64,000 bases of DNA from Camelus dromedarius. Taxonomy: Eukaryota. The stretch is taken from contig NC_087447.1 of assembly GCF_036321535.1 (NCBI RefSeq), forward strand, positions 34,474,001-34,538,000, written 5' to 3'. Shown here piece by piece: positions 37,075 through 49,880 of this stretch (position 1 is its first letter; each line of letters starts with the position of its first letter). The notes under the pieces are model-generated. The model was not told the origin of the DNA, did not search any database, and saw only the letters and a program-made list of their open reading frames with translations. The position numbers and the translations under genes are program-made.

Positions 37075-38171
37075 GTCTACATTATAATCGTGTTAAAATG
37101 CTGACAGCAACTGACTATGGTCAACTCTATGATTCAGCCTCCACCAAGAGCCAGCTCTGTCCCATCACTCCAACTCGCTCAAATACACCTTTTCCCTCCC
37201 ATCTCCTGCTCAGAAAACTTTCTCATGATACCAAAGAAGACCAAGCAGCCTTCACCAGCCCCTCTCCGACCAAAGGAATCCCATTCAGCACCACTCTGTG
37301 TAGACACCAGCCCTTGACTTGCAAAAATGTGGTCTAAGGGAGCACTGGACTCTGAGTCCACAGGATTGGGGATGAGTTACCTCTGCACCCAACATCAGTT
37401 GCCTCCCTTTCTGGTGACCTACCAGGAGCCACTCCATTTCCATGACATTATGGGAGTCCCTGAGACAAATTACTTTCCCTGTTTATATGGGGCAACACCC
37501 TGAAAGTCCCTTGTCATGTTGTTGGGGAGGGATTGCCATTGGGCTCTGGCCAGGATGCTTGCCAAGTTTAGTTGAAGAACTACACGTCAATCCCAGCAGG
37601 GAGGCAGAAGGCTTAATGGAACACAGTGTACTTGGCCTTAAACACTCTGCTTTGCAGCCTGGCTCTACCACTATGGTCTCCGTTGCCTCATCTACAAACC
37701 AGGAATAATAATACTAACCTTGAATGTTTATTCATGACGATGAAAGATTACGTGAATCACCTAGTAGATGCTCAAAGTGCTGCCGCTAGTACTATTGTTA
37801 TCATAATGCCTGAGCTGGAAGAGGGCTTAGCGATCACCCTGTCCAACCTCTTCATTTTACAGATGCAGAAAGTGAGGCCCAGAAAAAGAAGCGATTGCTT
37901 TCTGGGTTTTAACGGGGGTAGAGCAGACATTACAAGCACTTATTACTGATGAGGAAACAGTTCAGGTTGGAATCCATGGGAGCGCAAAGATTCGGTCCTT
38001 GTGGACAAGGCCCTGTGTTAGGTGATGTGGTTGCAGTGCCCACAGTCACCCCGAACTCTGCATCCTCAGACTGAAGCCCCACAGGAAGTCACTATCACAG
38101 CATCTGCCTCCGAAAAAGAACTTTAACTGCCCGATGTTTCATTTGGCTGGAAATGGGCCATGAGGGTCCCT

Positions 38172-38203
38172 GCTTTGCCATCCGAGAGCTTTGCCATCCG
38201 AGA
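38172..38203. repeat. Perfect 16-bp tandem duplication (GCTTTGCCATCCGAGA)x2
   Basis: Read directly from the sequence. Confidence 0.95.
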
Positions 38204-38305
38204 TCTTGTATTTCTGTCTTTTCTCTCTTGGTTTCCCATGACTCCCATGGTGGTTTCAATTCTCACCACCTTTAACCATCTACACCCTGGCAACTCCCAG
38301 ACTGA

Positions 38306-38453
38306 CTATACTCCATTGATTTTAAGACACACATTTTAATATCTCTGAAGTTGGGATGTGTCCTAGCTTAACTGGCAGTGCTCTTTCTTAGTAGTACATA
38401 AAATAATGGTGGTCTTCCAGTCAATGGCATCTTATATTTGATGAAATATGGTA
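38306..38453. mobile_element. MER104-like TcMar-Tc2 MITE nested in an L2
   Basis: cattgattttaagacacacatttt...aaaataatggtg...caatggcatcttatatttgatgaaatatggta. Confidence 0.75.
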
Positions 38454-38454
38454 C

Positions 38455-39120
38455 ATTGTTAGCACAGAACACCCACTGAGTTCCAGCCTCATAAATCACA
38501 ATGGCTTTTCAACATCTCCCCTTGGATGGGAAATAAACATCTCAAACGCAAATAATAAAATTTAATTCCTAACCTTCTGGTCTTCCTCATCTCAGCAACT
38601 GGCAATTCCATCTTTCCAGCTGTTCAGGCCAAAATGTAGGACCATCTTTGACTTTTCCCTTTCTTTCACAACCTATATCCAATGTATCAACAAATTTTGC
38701 TAATTCACTTCAAAATAAACCCTGAATCTAACTTCCTCCCACCCATCCACGACCACCTATCCAAGCCGTCCTTGTCTCTGACCCAGATCATTGCAATTAC
38801 CTCTTAACTGGTCCCCTGCTGCTCTGCCCACCTACAGTTTCCACTCAGTGCAGCAGCCAGAGGGGGTTCAGATCGGTCCTCCCAATCCCCCCAGCTCCCT
38901 GCCACAGTCACTGCCTGCCTCATGACTCTGTGTCATTTTACAATAACTAATAATTAGCCAGAATGACACATATTTCTTTCTTTCTACCTTTATTATCTGT
39001 TTCCTTTCTCTGTGAGCCCTATAAAGGCAAGGGTTTTGTCTCTCCATTTAGTGCCTAATCTCTACCTTCTAGAACCGTGCCTGCCGTTCAGTACGTGCTT
39101 CGTAAATACTTGAATGAACA
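38455..39120 (+). mobile_element. L2 LINE fragment
   Basis: catctccccttggatg...ggcaattccatctttccagctgttcaggccaaaa...aaatacttgaatgaa. Confidence 0.85.
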
Positions 39121-39129
39121 CAGGACGAT

Positions 39130-39700
39130 GCTTTCGAGGGAGCACTGAAGTCAGACAAATCTGGATTCAAATTCTGAATCTCTCCCTTCATGGCTACTTA
39201 ATTTGGGAGGTTCATTTAAACTCTCTGAGTCTGCTTCTTATCTGCTTAATGGAAATAATAATAACCAACTTTCAGGGTTGCTGTGAGGATTGAATGAGTT
39301 AATGTGCAGAAAGTGGGACGTATAGCAGGAGCTGGGTTGTTGTCATTTACTACTATTATTACTATTGTCATTCCAACCTCTGGATTTAGCCACGGAGCTC
39401 TAGGGCTTGCCACAAAATCATGGCACATTTTAGCGAAGGGGAGGTGAGCTCAGGGCAGAAGCAAGGAGGTGTGCTGCCCTGGGGCTGGGGTGGACTTCGA
39501 TGCAAGTCCTGCGTCAGGACTTGACCTGCAACAGCAGTGTGACCTCGGGCAAGCCATCTAACCCCTCTGAGCTCTAGCATTCTCATGCGTGAAGAGGAGA
39601 TAATGACCTATTTCATATGATTGTTACGAGCACTTCTGGTGCATGCACACAGCACACGGTAAATTGTAAGCAGATATTAACTCATGTTATTATCATCTGA
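39130..39700 (+). mobile_element. Two MIR copies
   Basis: gtcagacaaatctggattcaaattctg...; gtgtgacctcgggcaagccatctaacccctctgagc. Confidence 0.8.
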
Positions 39701-40879
39701 CCCAGCTTTCTCCTCAAACACAGAGCTCACTCCCCGGCTCCTGACATCCAGGGAGCTGTCCTGAGCTTCACCCCAGCCTGCCTTCCTGAAACTATGCACA
39801 GTGGAAGGAGCCTGCAGTTGCTTTCCTGAAACAGCAGTGACCTCCTGAGAGACAATTACATGGTGCACAGCCCCATCTGAGGCAGTCCCGCACCTGCCTC
39901 CTGGCCAGGGACCAGGATGCTAATGTTGGGCTCCGGTCCAGCCTGGGACCTCCCCTGCCATTTCCAGGGGTGACCTGGTGAGGGGAGTGGTGACCCTCCT
40001 GCTGTCACCAGCGTGCCCTGCTGGACTGCTGATTCCCACTGGGGAAGGGCGATGGGGTGCCTCTGAGTTTGAAGTTCTAAATAATCCCCATGACCTCCCA
40101 GCAACCTCCACGCCCTCAGCGAAGGATATAAATGGTAGAAAGCTGATTTTTCCCCCCTTCTCTAAAGAAATACTGTTACTCCACTCTAAATTATTTTCCT
40201 GACTGGAACTCTATTAATTCAGAAGTCCTGACACTCATTCATAGCAAGATGCGGCTGATCTCACCTGACACTGAGAGGTCTGAAGAGGTGACGTACAGTG
40301 TGAGACGCCCAGGACAATGTGCGACTGTGTCCAACTCCCATCCCCCAAGCCCAGCCTCCCACCCCACTGCACGGGGGAACCCCGTACCTCTGTGTGGGAG
40401 CTCCCATCGTGAGTAAGGCAGAGCAATTTCCTGTACCCTTGGACCCCTGAGGCTTACATTCTAGAAGGGTGAGATGGGCCACAGAGGAGGACACAAAGAA
40501 AGAAGCCAAGTAATTTCCATTAAGGTAAGAGTTCAGAAGAAAAACAAAAAGGTAACATGTCAGAGAATTACCAGGGAAGGGTGGGGAGGGGGTTCTCCAC
40601 TGCCACTTTAGACGAGGTGGTCTGGGAGGGTCTGTCTGAGGAGGCGACATTTCCATATCCTTCACTCAAGTATACACTCCGTCGCGGTCAGGGAGCAGTG
40701 TGAACCCCATGCAAACCTGGCGTCCAGCAAGACCTAGGCAATCGTGCCCATGTGTTACATCAGTAAACGCAGTGAGGTGTAGCTGTTGGCAGAGGTGAAC
40801 GCTTCCTTACCTTGTGACTGATTCAGTAACTTGAGCTCCCACTTTCCAAGCTCTAATCCAAGGGACAGGCTACAGTAAG

Positions 40880-41180
40880 GTTTCCATGGGTCTCCAACAA
40901 CATGAGAAAAGTAAAGACAATATTGGGAGTTTTCATATACAAATCTAAGTGTATTTAGTTTAAAGGGCTGCCGTTTATTCCAAGATGAGGTGCCTTCCTA
41001 CTTAGTGTGTGTGTATGTATATGTGTGCTAAAATGTACCTTCTTTTATGATATGATGGTCCAGGAGATGCTCATTTTTTAGGTTTCTTTTTTCTTCAATG
41101 TCCTTACTTGGCAAGTAAGTTTCTTTACATTATTAAAACACATTTTTGGTCTGTGAACTCCAAAGACCTGGGAACCACTG
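40880..41180. mobile_element. hAT-Charlie remnant (MER113-like)
   Basis: Ends with tgggaaccactg (Charlie terminal repeat); internal tccttacttggcaa motif. Confidence 0.55.
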
Positions 41181-42475
41181 TTTTCATCACCTTTCTCTTT
41201 GGCAGCCTAAAAGTTAAAGGGAAGAGGCTTCACTGTAGAGGGTGGATGGCAGTTTCCTCCTGAGGGCCTCCTACACCTGCCAGATTCATCCCTGGCTTGA
41301 GGGTGGGATGATGGGGTTCCAGGTGTCTGGAAGTCAGACAATGCAGGTGACGAATATGATCATTTGCAGTCTTGGAAGAGGAGGGAGAAAAAAAAGATGT
41401 GATTCTGTGCCCTGCCCACTCAGCAGTGCCCCTAAACCGCAAAATACTCATTGTTGTTGCAAATTGCCAGGGAGGGGAAAGGCAAGGACCAGGAGGTCAG
41501 AAGAAGAGGCCACCAGGGCTGATGTGCAGTGGGCTGATGTAAAAGGCCTTCCTGAAACCACCTCCTTTTTTGGCCATGATTGTTTTTCACTACCCTTTGC
41601 TCCATCCCAGCCCTCTCCAGGATTAGAAAGGTGCAGTTGGGGTGGGGAAGAGGCACTGAGTATGCTGTTTCCTTGGTGCAAAATCATTCCTCTTCTTGCC
41701 TGATGCTGTATTACAGAGCAGTGAATATGACTGTTTTAACAAGGTTCCTGGGGAACTGCCTCTGCCCCTCAAGCCACCCTCACCCCGCATTTGTTAAGAG
41801 AAACAACTGCAGCCTGATTCCCAGGATTGGGGGTGGCGGGGAAGGCATTATCTCCTTGTGACTTGGCCTTTCTGCATCCTCAGCCCTTCAAGGGAGGCTC
41901 TGGGGAGCCTGTGGATTTCCCACTGCAGGAGTTCTGGTGGGAGATGCGCTCCACCAATCAGGAGGGACCACCCCAGCCTGTGAATCAGAAGCCTGGGGAA
42001 GAGTACACTTCAGCCAACTCCCTTGGACAGACAAAGAGATATCCGATACTTTGCATAGTGCAGTGAGAGACCAAGATGCAGAAGTTCACAGTTGGTGTCT
42101 GATAAATTCAAGAAGGTGTATTTGGAGAGAGCTTCTGCGGGGAGAGAGGGCTGCCACTTCAAGCCTAGTGAAAGTGGGTTCAGAGCACTGCAGAGCCTGA
42201 GCTATGTCCACTGGAGACTGGAGGCTCCTTTCACTTGAGAAAGTGAAAGGTAAGGGAATGTCGCTGTCAGCAGAGAGGGAAGGAGGAAGAGAGAAAGAGA
42301 GAGAGACTTGCATGGAGAAAAAACTCAACTCTCCCATTCTAGCAGTGGCTAAGGGGGAATGAACCTCAAAGACCTGGGATTTCTCTAATAACGCTGGCCA
42401 TAGGGGACAAGTTGGAACAAAGAAGAGTTTCTGCTGCCCGTCCCTAGGGTTTGTGGGCACAGAAATGGCATTTTC

Positions 42476-43306
42476 TGCTGGAGAGGGTGTGGAGAAAAGG
42501 GAACCCTCCTACACTGTCGGTGGAAATGTAAACTGGTCCAACCACTGTGGAAAACAGTATGGAGAGTCCTTAAAAAGCTAAAAATAGTCTTACATATGAT
42601 CCAGCAGTCCCACTCGTGGGCAACTATCTGGAGAATAATATAATTCAAAAAGATACATGCACCCCCATGTTCACAGTAGCACTATTTACAACAGCCAAGA
42701 CAAGGAAGCAACCTAAATGTCCACATGACTGGATAAATAAGTGGTTGTATATATATATATATATATATACAATGGAATACTAGTCAGCCATAAAAAAGAA
42801 TAAAATAACGCCACTTGCAGCAACATGGATGGACCTAGAGATTATCATACTTAGTGAAGTAAGTCAGACAAAGAAAAATAATTATCACATATCATTTATA
42901 TGTGCAATCTAAAAAAATGAGACAAATTAACTTATCTACAAAACAGAAACAGATTCACAGACATAGAAAACAAACCTATGGTTACCAAAGGGGAAAGAGA
43001 CTGGAGGGATAAATGAGGAGTTTGGGATTTGCAGATACTAACTACTATATATAAATAGGTCCTATAATATAGCACAGGGAACTGTATTCAATATCTTGTA
43101 ATAACCTATAATGAAAAAGAATATATATATATATGTGTGTGTGTGTGTGTATACATATATACATATATGAGCGTGTGTGTGCATGTGTGTGTATATATAT
43201 ACATACACATACACATATACATATATATATGACTGAGTCACTATACTGTACACCAGAAACTAACACAACATTGTAAATCAACTTATACGTTAATAAAAAA
43301 AAAATA
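42476..43306 (+). mobile_element. 5'-truncated cetartiodactyl L1 with perfect 15-bp TSD and internal (TA)n/(TG)n microsatellites
   Basis: tgctggagagggtgtggagaaaagggaaccctcctacactg...taataaaaaaaaaa. TSD AGAAATGGCATTTTC at 42461-42475 and 43307-43321. Confidence 0.97.
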
Positions 43307-46300
43307 AGAAATGGCATTTTCCAGATGTGGACTCCCTATGAAGAGAGAGCTGGCACAAGGAAGGGGTGGGACTTTAGCAGAAAGAAAGCTTCAGGCTTCC
43401 AATGGGGCCACCAAGTCAGTGGTGACCTCCAGCTGGAGTGCAGTCATCAGGTGAAGGGAACTGCAGGAGGAGCCCCGCTCAGCCATAATGGGGTCTCTGA
43501 GAAAGTGTGAAAGGTCTGTGGCCAAATCAGCTTCCAGTGTCTGCCCACCTACAGAGTACAGAGTGGCTGTTACCAGACCCCAGTTTAGTAAGAACTTTCC
43601 TTTCCTCCTGGCCCCTTCTCCCTGTCCTTCCCCCGGCCTGGACCTGCAGTCAGTAAATGGAGGCTGAAGGAAGAACAGAGAGAGAGAGAAGTTGTCCGAC
43701 TCATTCCTCAAGACGAGCCGGTCCTGAAGCTGGACCTGGAAGTGGATGTGGAGATGGCTTACTTCCAAGTCCAAGGCAGCGTTGGAGTTAATATACAGGA
43801 CTGGGTGTTCTAATTATAGAACCAAGACTATGCTTTGTGATTTCAAGTGACAGAAAATATTAGTAACAGTGAGCAGAAACGTCACAGGACCTCTTTGAGT
43901 TTTCATTTGGAGGCAGGAGAGAAACTTCAGTGAGAGACAAAAATGAAGTTGCTCTGTTCGTCCCAAGCTGGGCTTGATTAAAGTACACAAGGAATCAGGA
44001 ACCAGGAAGAGTCACACTGGTGTGACAGGGGCAGCAGAAGCCACGTCCACTATTCAGGGGCGGCTGTGGACAGGCTGCCGGTGGGAGGCAGGGGTACAGC
44101 TGATGAGGTGGGGGCGGCCATGGCATCTCAGCAGCCTGGCTCTGAGGCTCAGCTTTGATCGGTACTAGGTGGGTCCTGGCTGCCCTCTGGCTTCCCTCCT
44201 GCCCGCCTATTCCTAAGCCTTGGCCTCCAGCCGTCCCGGCAAGTCTGCAAGCTACCTCAAGTCCTCTCGATGGTTTTGTTTCCTCACTGCAGCAGAAGTG
44301 TTTTCGTTTCCTGTAATCAGGGACACTGACTAATACATCCTTCTTTCCCTGGTTCTTTAAACCAGTCGGCACCTCCAGCCTCAAGTCTTCCTCCAACATC
44401 CCCGGCATCTTCCTTGCTTGTCTCCAGCTAAAGACTCAGAATCTCATCTTTATCCAGATTGGAACATCTGGCCAGATGGCTCTGCCCTGGATTCCATCTC
44501 TGGCTCTTCCAGTCTTGGTGACCATGTTACACAATGATTATGAGAAAGAGCATCTGAAGTCATACCCTAGATCTGTCACATGCTGGCTAAGGGACCTTGG
44601 GAGGACAACTTTTCCTGATCTATAAAATGGGTACAATGATCCTTTTAAGAATAATGTCCAAATCAGAAGAGATTATCACATTGGAAGCACAGAGCACACG
44701 ACCTGGTACATAGTACCACTCAATGACTGTCAGCTAGCACCAGTACTAACAGTGGTGGTAGTACTGGGAGTGGTCAAAGAGGCTGGACTCACTGGACTCT
44801 CATGTGAAAGAGGAAGAAACTTCTGCTTTGTTTAAGCCAATGGCTTTAGGGTCTCTGTGACACAAAGTAACAAAGGCTTATTTTGAGCTCTAATAGAGAA
44901 TGCGAAATGAATATTCTGAATTTTTGAGTTACAAAAAATGTTACATTTATACTAAGGTAAGAATTACATGCAAAATATATGCGCATGCAAAGTCTGGAAG
45001 GGAAAATCATGATGATAAGGTGATGGGGTCATATGAGAAATAGTTTCCCATTGAAATTTCCTCTTGTGATCTTTATGTTTCTGTAAAAAGCTGCCTCACA
45101 AAAGGGAAAGAGGAAAAGGTCCTGAGGCTGAATTTGTTTTGATCATGTTTTTGTATCCTAAGAGGAGACTGTATGGCTGAACCTTCAGCTCTAGGTCCCT
45201 GAGAGAATTAAAAAATAAGATAGACTAAGACAGAAAGGACAGGTCTGCTTTGGTGACAGCGTGGGGGTGGGGCCGTGGACATTCTTAGTATGACACTGAG
45301 AAGATGGCACTTCCTCCAGGCAGCACTTTACAACGCCCACCTGCACCTCGGCACCCCTGGCAGGGAGGTGGAACATTCTCAGGAGCGGTGGGACCTGTCC
45401 ATGTGCCACCAACACCTGGGCCTTCATTCTAACACGTTCATCCCAGGATAGCCTCTCCTGTCTCCTCTGGTGACCAGCTCCCCATTAGCGTGAATACTGG
45501 TTTTCTGGACCAAGGCTCCTCCTCACCTCAATCTCAGTAGGTCATCAGACAAATACCTGGGATTTCATGTGAATGAGACCTTAAAATAGAGAGGGGAGGA
45601 AGGTTGTCTCTCGGAGCCTTGTCCACGGGGTAAGAAAATCAGGAAGGGGCCAGGCTATCACACCGTGTGTACTTCTCCTATGGGTATTAGTGGGAGCTGG
45701 GCTCCTCCCTCAATTCCTCTGCCCCCAGCTGCCAGCCAAGAGAAGGGCCCACATCCCAAAGGTCTCTCACCACGAGGACTTCTCAACCAGCGCGGCTCAT
45801 TGTCAACACCGCTCAAAACAAGATGTGTGGTTTCCACATGACTAACAACAAATCACAGGCCTCTCTTCCTCGGCCTGCACCCTTCCTTCTGTTTCACTCG
45901 GCCTGAGTTTGTTGACAGGCCGTGAAGGAAGTATATCCCGTACCGCAAAGAATTTCTGCTTGAGTGCTTTGTGGTTAGCAGTCAGCAAAGCCTGAAATGT
46001 TTCTGATGATCTGCAACATGGTGTGGGGAAGAGGTTCCAGCTGGGAGACCAGCTTGCTGTGTGTCCTCAGACAAATCAATGTACCTCTCTGGGTACCAGT
46101 TTTGCCATCTGTCAATGGTGGGGGTTTTCAAGAAGATCCTTTCTAGTTCCAATGGACTCTAGTTCTGGGAAATCCACTCTGGTTTAGGATGCTCCACACT
46201 GGCTCGAACTTATGACCCAGCCAGCCATTGGAATCCCAATTTGATGTTTCTTTTTTGGAGAAATGACTATCATTCACAGGGTAATAACCAATGAGCCAAT

Positions 46301-47094
46301 TCAAACCAACGATAACAGGAAGAAAAAGAAAATGTCTCTCCAAACATGCTTAAATATAATTGTGTTTCTACAATACTGGTCTTATGCAATGCTAAACACT
46401 AAACTCTGAGCGTCTGTCAGCTGAGGCTGAGGGGCCTAGATCTTGCAGTTCTAAATAATAATTGTAGAAAGCCCAGCAGTTTCTAAGGCATTAATAGGGT
46501 AAGGACACCATCTCCTGGAGAAGTCACTAGAGTTTAACTGGCTTAGGAAAATTTGGGGTTGGTGTGCTGGGGCTTTCTAATATAAAATTCAGATCTTAAA
46601 AAAATAAATTTAGGACTAGAATAGAGGCAGGACATCTTCCCTGATCTGTCCAAGTGCCGGTTCCAAGGCCTGGCCCTTTTAGGCCCAGCCCCCACCACGC
46701 CAGCACTGATGTCAGCTCACTGTCTCCAAGCCGGCAGCCCTGGGAGCTCTGACTTGCTAGATCAATGAAAACATCAACCTTGCCAGACGTGTCTGCCCCA
46801 CTCCAAGCCCGCCTTGGAGACAGGAGTTCAGGCTCGATGCCGGACCATCTGTCATTAGGCACTGCTGTTAATTGCTGCGCTAATGAACAAGGTTTGAATT
46901 GGAGGCACGAAATGCACATGCAGATTTAGACACAGTTCCCAGATACTGGATCCTGTCTCCTAATAGCCTGGCACAGTCTCCAGGACACAAAGGTAAAGGT
47001 GGCCGAGTCACATTGTGGGCACAGACAGCGCATAACCCCATGGGCAGACACTCCAAATGGCAAGCGTTGGGAGTTTTCCAGTGAGGCAATCATA

Positions 47095-47480
47095 TGTCCT
47101 TTCATCCATCTATCCACTCAACAACCACTGGCTTTATGGTGGACACTGTGTCAAATGCCAGGGCTCTAGGGATGACAGTGACTCAGTCCCTGCCCCCAGG
47201 GGGGACAGCCTAGCAGGTGAGATAAACAGCTTGACAAATACAGCAAATACATCATGGGAAGAACTGGGAAAGAGGTCAGCCTAGGGCTGGAACACAGAAG
47301 AGGGGTATCCAATCAGCCTGGAGCATCAGGGAAGACTTCCTGGAGGAGGAGAGAATGCCTGAATCTTAAAGGAAGAGTAGAAATTACCAAGGTAAAAGAA
47401 TGGAGGAGGGAACTGCAGACAGAGGGACTAGGAAGTAAGAGAGGACAGACATCTGAGGAAGCACAGGGAGCTGAGGAGAG
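47095..47480 (-). mobile_element. L2 3' end
   Basis: tcatccatctatccactcaacaacc...cagtccctgccccc...atcagggaagacttcctggaggagg. Confidence 0.8.
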
Positions 47481-49169
47481 CACAGGTGTGTGATGTGGGG
47501 AGGGAAAGACATTGGGGTACAGAGTGAGGCTCTTAGAGAGGGAGACAGGGGCAGCTGGTGAAGAGCCCTGAAGTGCAATTACTCTGCAAACCCTGATTAA
47601 GCTCTTACACAGGACTAGGGATCCGACTAGGTCAATGTGGGCCCCTGCCTTCAAGGGACATGAGCAAGGGACACAGATGGTGGTGGCCCAGAGTGGTTTG
47701 GGAGAAGAAGAAATGGCAGCAGACTGAGTTAGTCACAGAAGGTCTCTTCCGTAGACGAAGCCAGAGCTGGGCCTCCAATTTCAGGCAGAACTGGGACAGG
47801 GGAGCCAGTGTTAGGAGCCAAATACCAGGTAGATGCTGACTTATCAGACTAATGAGGCTACACCATGCTTCCATTCCCCGGGTGTGGAAACTGAGGCCCA
47901 GGGAGCTTAAGTCGTTTGGCAGCTGGGAGGGGGCATGGCTGGGATACCGACCCCTGGTGTGCCTGATTCTGGAGCCTGTGCCCTATCCATGCCACTTCCC
48001 AGCGTCTTCCTGGAAGAAGGAAGAGTGTGTAAGCTCAGTGGGAAACGTGGGGAAGGCTCGTAGGCAGGATCAGTCAGGAGAAGAGTTCGTGTGAAGGAAG
48101 AGATGGGGGCCTTGGGAGCATGGGTGATGGTCTCCCAGAGTGACCCAGGTTTGATCTTTGGGGTCCAACAACTCACCCTTGGCCTGTTTCTGAACTGAAA
48201 AACCTAACATCTCCTTCCTATGGTTTCACTGGAATTCAGTGAAATAATGTAAGAGCTTAGCACGCGACCTCCAGCCTTGCGAATCCTCAAACACGGATGA
48301 TTGATTATTTTAATCAACGTTCATCATTATTTCCAACAACAATAATAACTATGTGTGAGACCCTAGAATTCGGTTGGGGCCAGTACATGGAGAACTTTGA
48401 GCACCAGCTCGGAATGCAGTCTCGATCTTGTCGACACTGGGGAAGGGCAGAGAGAGGTTTTAAATACAGATGAAATGATGGCTTAGAGAATTTTCTCCTC
48501 TCCTACAGAGAAACACAGCAACTCCCTTCTTCAGAAGTTTCATGATTTTTCTCCTATACAGAGCAGTTCCCTGCATCACAGGGAAGAAGGGCTCTTTCAA
48601 CAACTGTAAATGTCGGTCTCATGGTGCCAGTGGGGGTCAGAGTGACTGTCTGAAGGCTGGGCACACACCACAAGGAGCCTGAGGAAGGCCTTGTGGGCTC
48701 CTGCTGGGGCCAGGGCAGCTCAGACACCCCCGCTGGTAAGGAAGGGAGGGAGGGTGGAGTCACCGCTGCTGGCCCCTTCCTGCTAACACTGGGAGCCTCT
48801 TGAAGATGTGAGGCAGCATCCCCTCAGCCATTTATCACCAAATCAGAAGCCTCTGGAGGCTATACTCCTGTAACCATAGAAACGGGCCCTCTCTGGACCA
48901 CTCCTCTCTTTATTAAAAAGGATGAGGTAGTGGGTCCCCTCCTCCAGCAATGGGCATGGAGATGGCCGAGGGAGGGGAAGCCTTTGTGAGGGGCCCGCTG
49001 TGGCTTCACTTCCAGCCCACGCCCTACCTTCCTGCCGCTCTGCAGAAGGAGGCTCTATAGAGACTTCCAAGCTGCACAGCTGCCCCTGAGGAAGGGGACA
49101 GGTATCTGGCATCTTCCCGGGCACCTGCACAACCTTGAGCTCTTCTACTCCCTCGTGACTTGTCTGCAA

Positions 49170-49880
49170 AGCAGACCTCATCCTCACTTTGCAAACAGAG
49201 AAATGTGGCCCAAAGAGGGCACTTGACTTGTCTAAGCCACGCAGTTAGTGGCTGGTCAGGCTGGATCCAAACCTCCATCTGTCTGAACTGGAAAACCCTG
49301 GTTTTAACCCCTACCACATTCTGCCTCTCAGAGAAGAGAGTGGGAGATATAAAGAGTTGGCTAGAGTTCTTCAGAAAAGGGACAAAATGATAGTGGCCAA
49401 TGGAAAAAGAAGGATCCAGCTGACCCCGGGTCCCAAGCCTGGCAGAGGGCCAGTCCTGGGTTTGCATCTCCCCAAGTGACCTTGGATAAGTTACTTAGCC
49501 TCCCTGATTCCTGCATTCTCATCTGAAGAATGGATTGGGGCAGAAAGGACCCAGTTGCAGGATGGTTACAGAGATCAGAAATGTGCCATCTAAGAGAATG
49601 GCCTTCCATCAGTGCTCACCGATGGCAGTTCTGATTCATACAGATAGGATGGGGGCTGCTCAGGTACCCCCACAAACACATCAGATAAGCTAAGAATGGA
49701 ATTGTGAGCTGGACAGGTGTGAGAATCTGCCTTCTCCCTGACGACTGCTCCTGGAAGCGATCCTTTATTGCTAAGCCCTTAGGTACACTAGCTGACTTCG
49801 TCTTCCCCACTGCCAGGAGGGGTAGGTATCACTCTCCTGTGCTACAGGTGAGGAAGATGAGACTCAGAGACCTGTCGCCA
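49170..49880. mobile_element. MIR cluster (minus, plus, minus)
   Basis: tgacttgtctaagccacgcagttagtggc; gtgaccttggataagttacttagcctccctga; acaggtgaggaagatgagactcagaga. Confidence 0.8.

Noticed and set aside
43685..43813. Peptide-like frame REVVRLIPQDEPVLKLDLEVDVEMAYF
   Set aside because: No acceptor, and the surrounding sequence resembles a decayed MLT1-type LTR.
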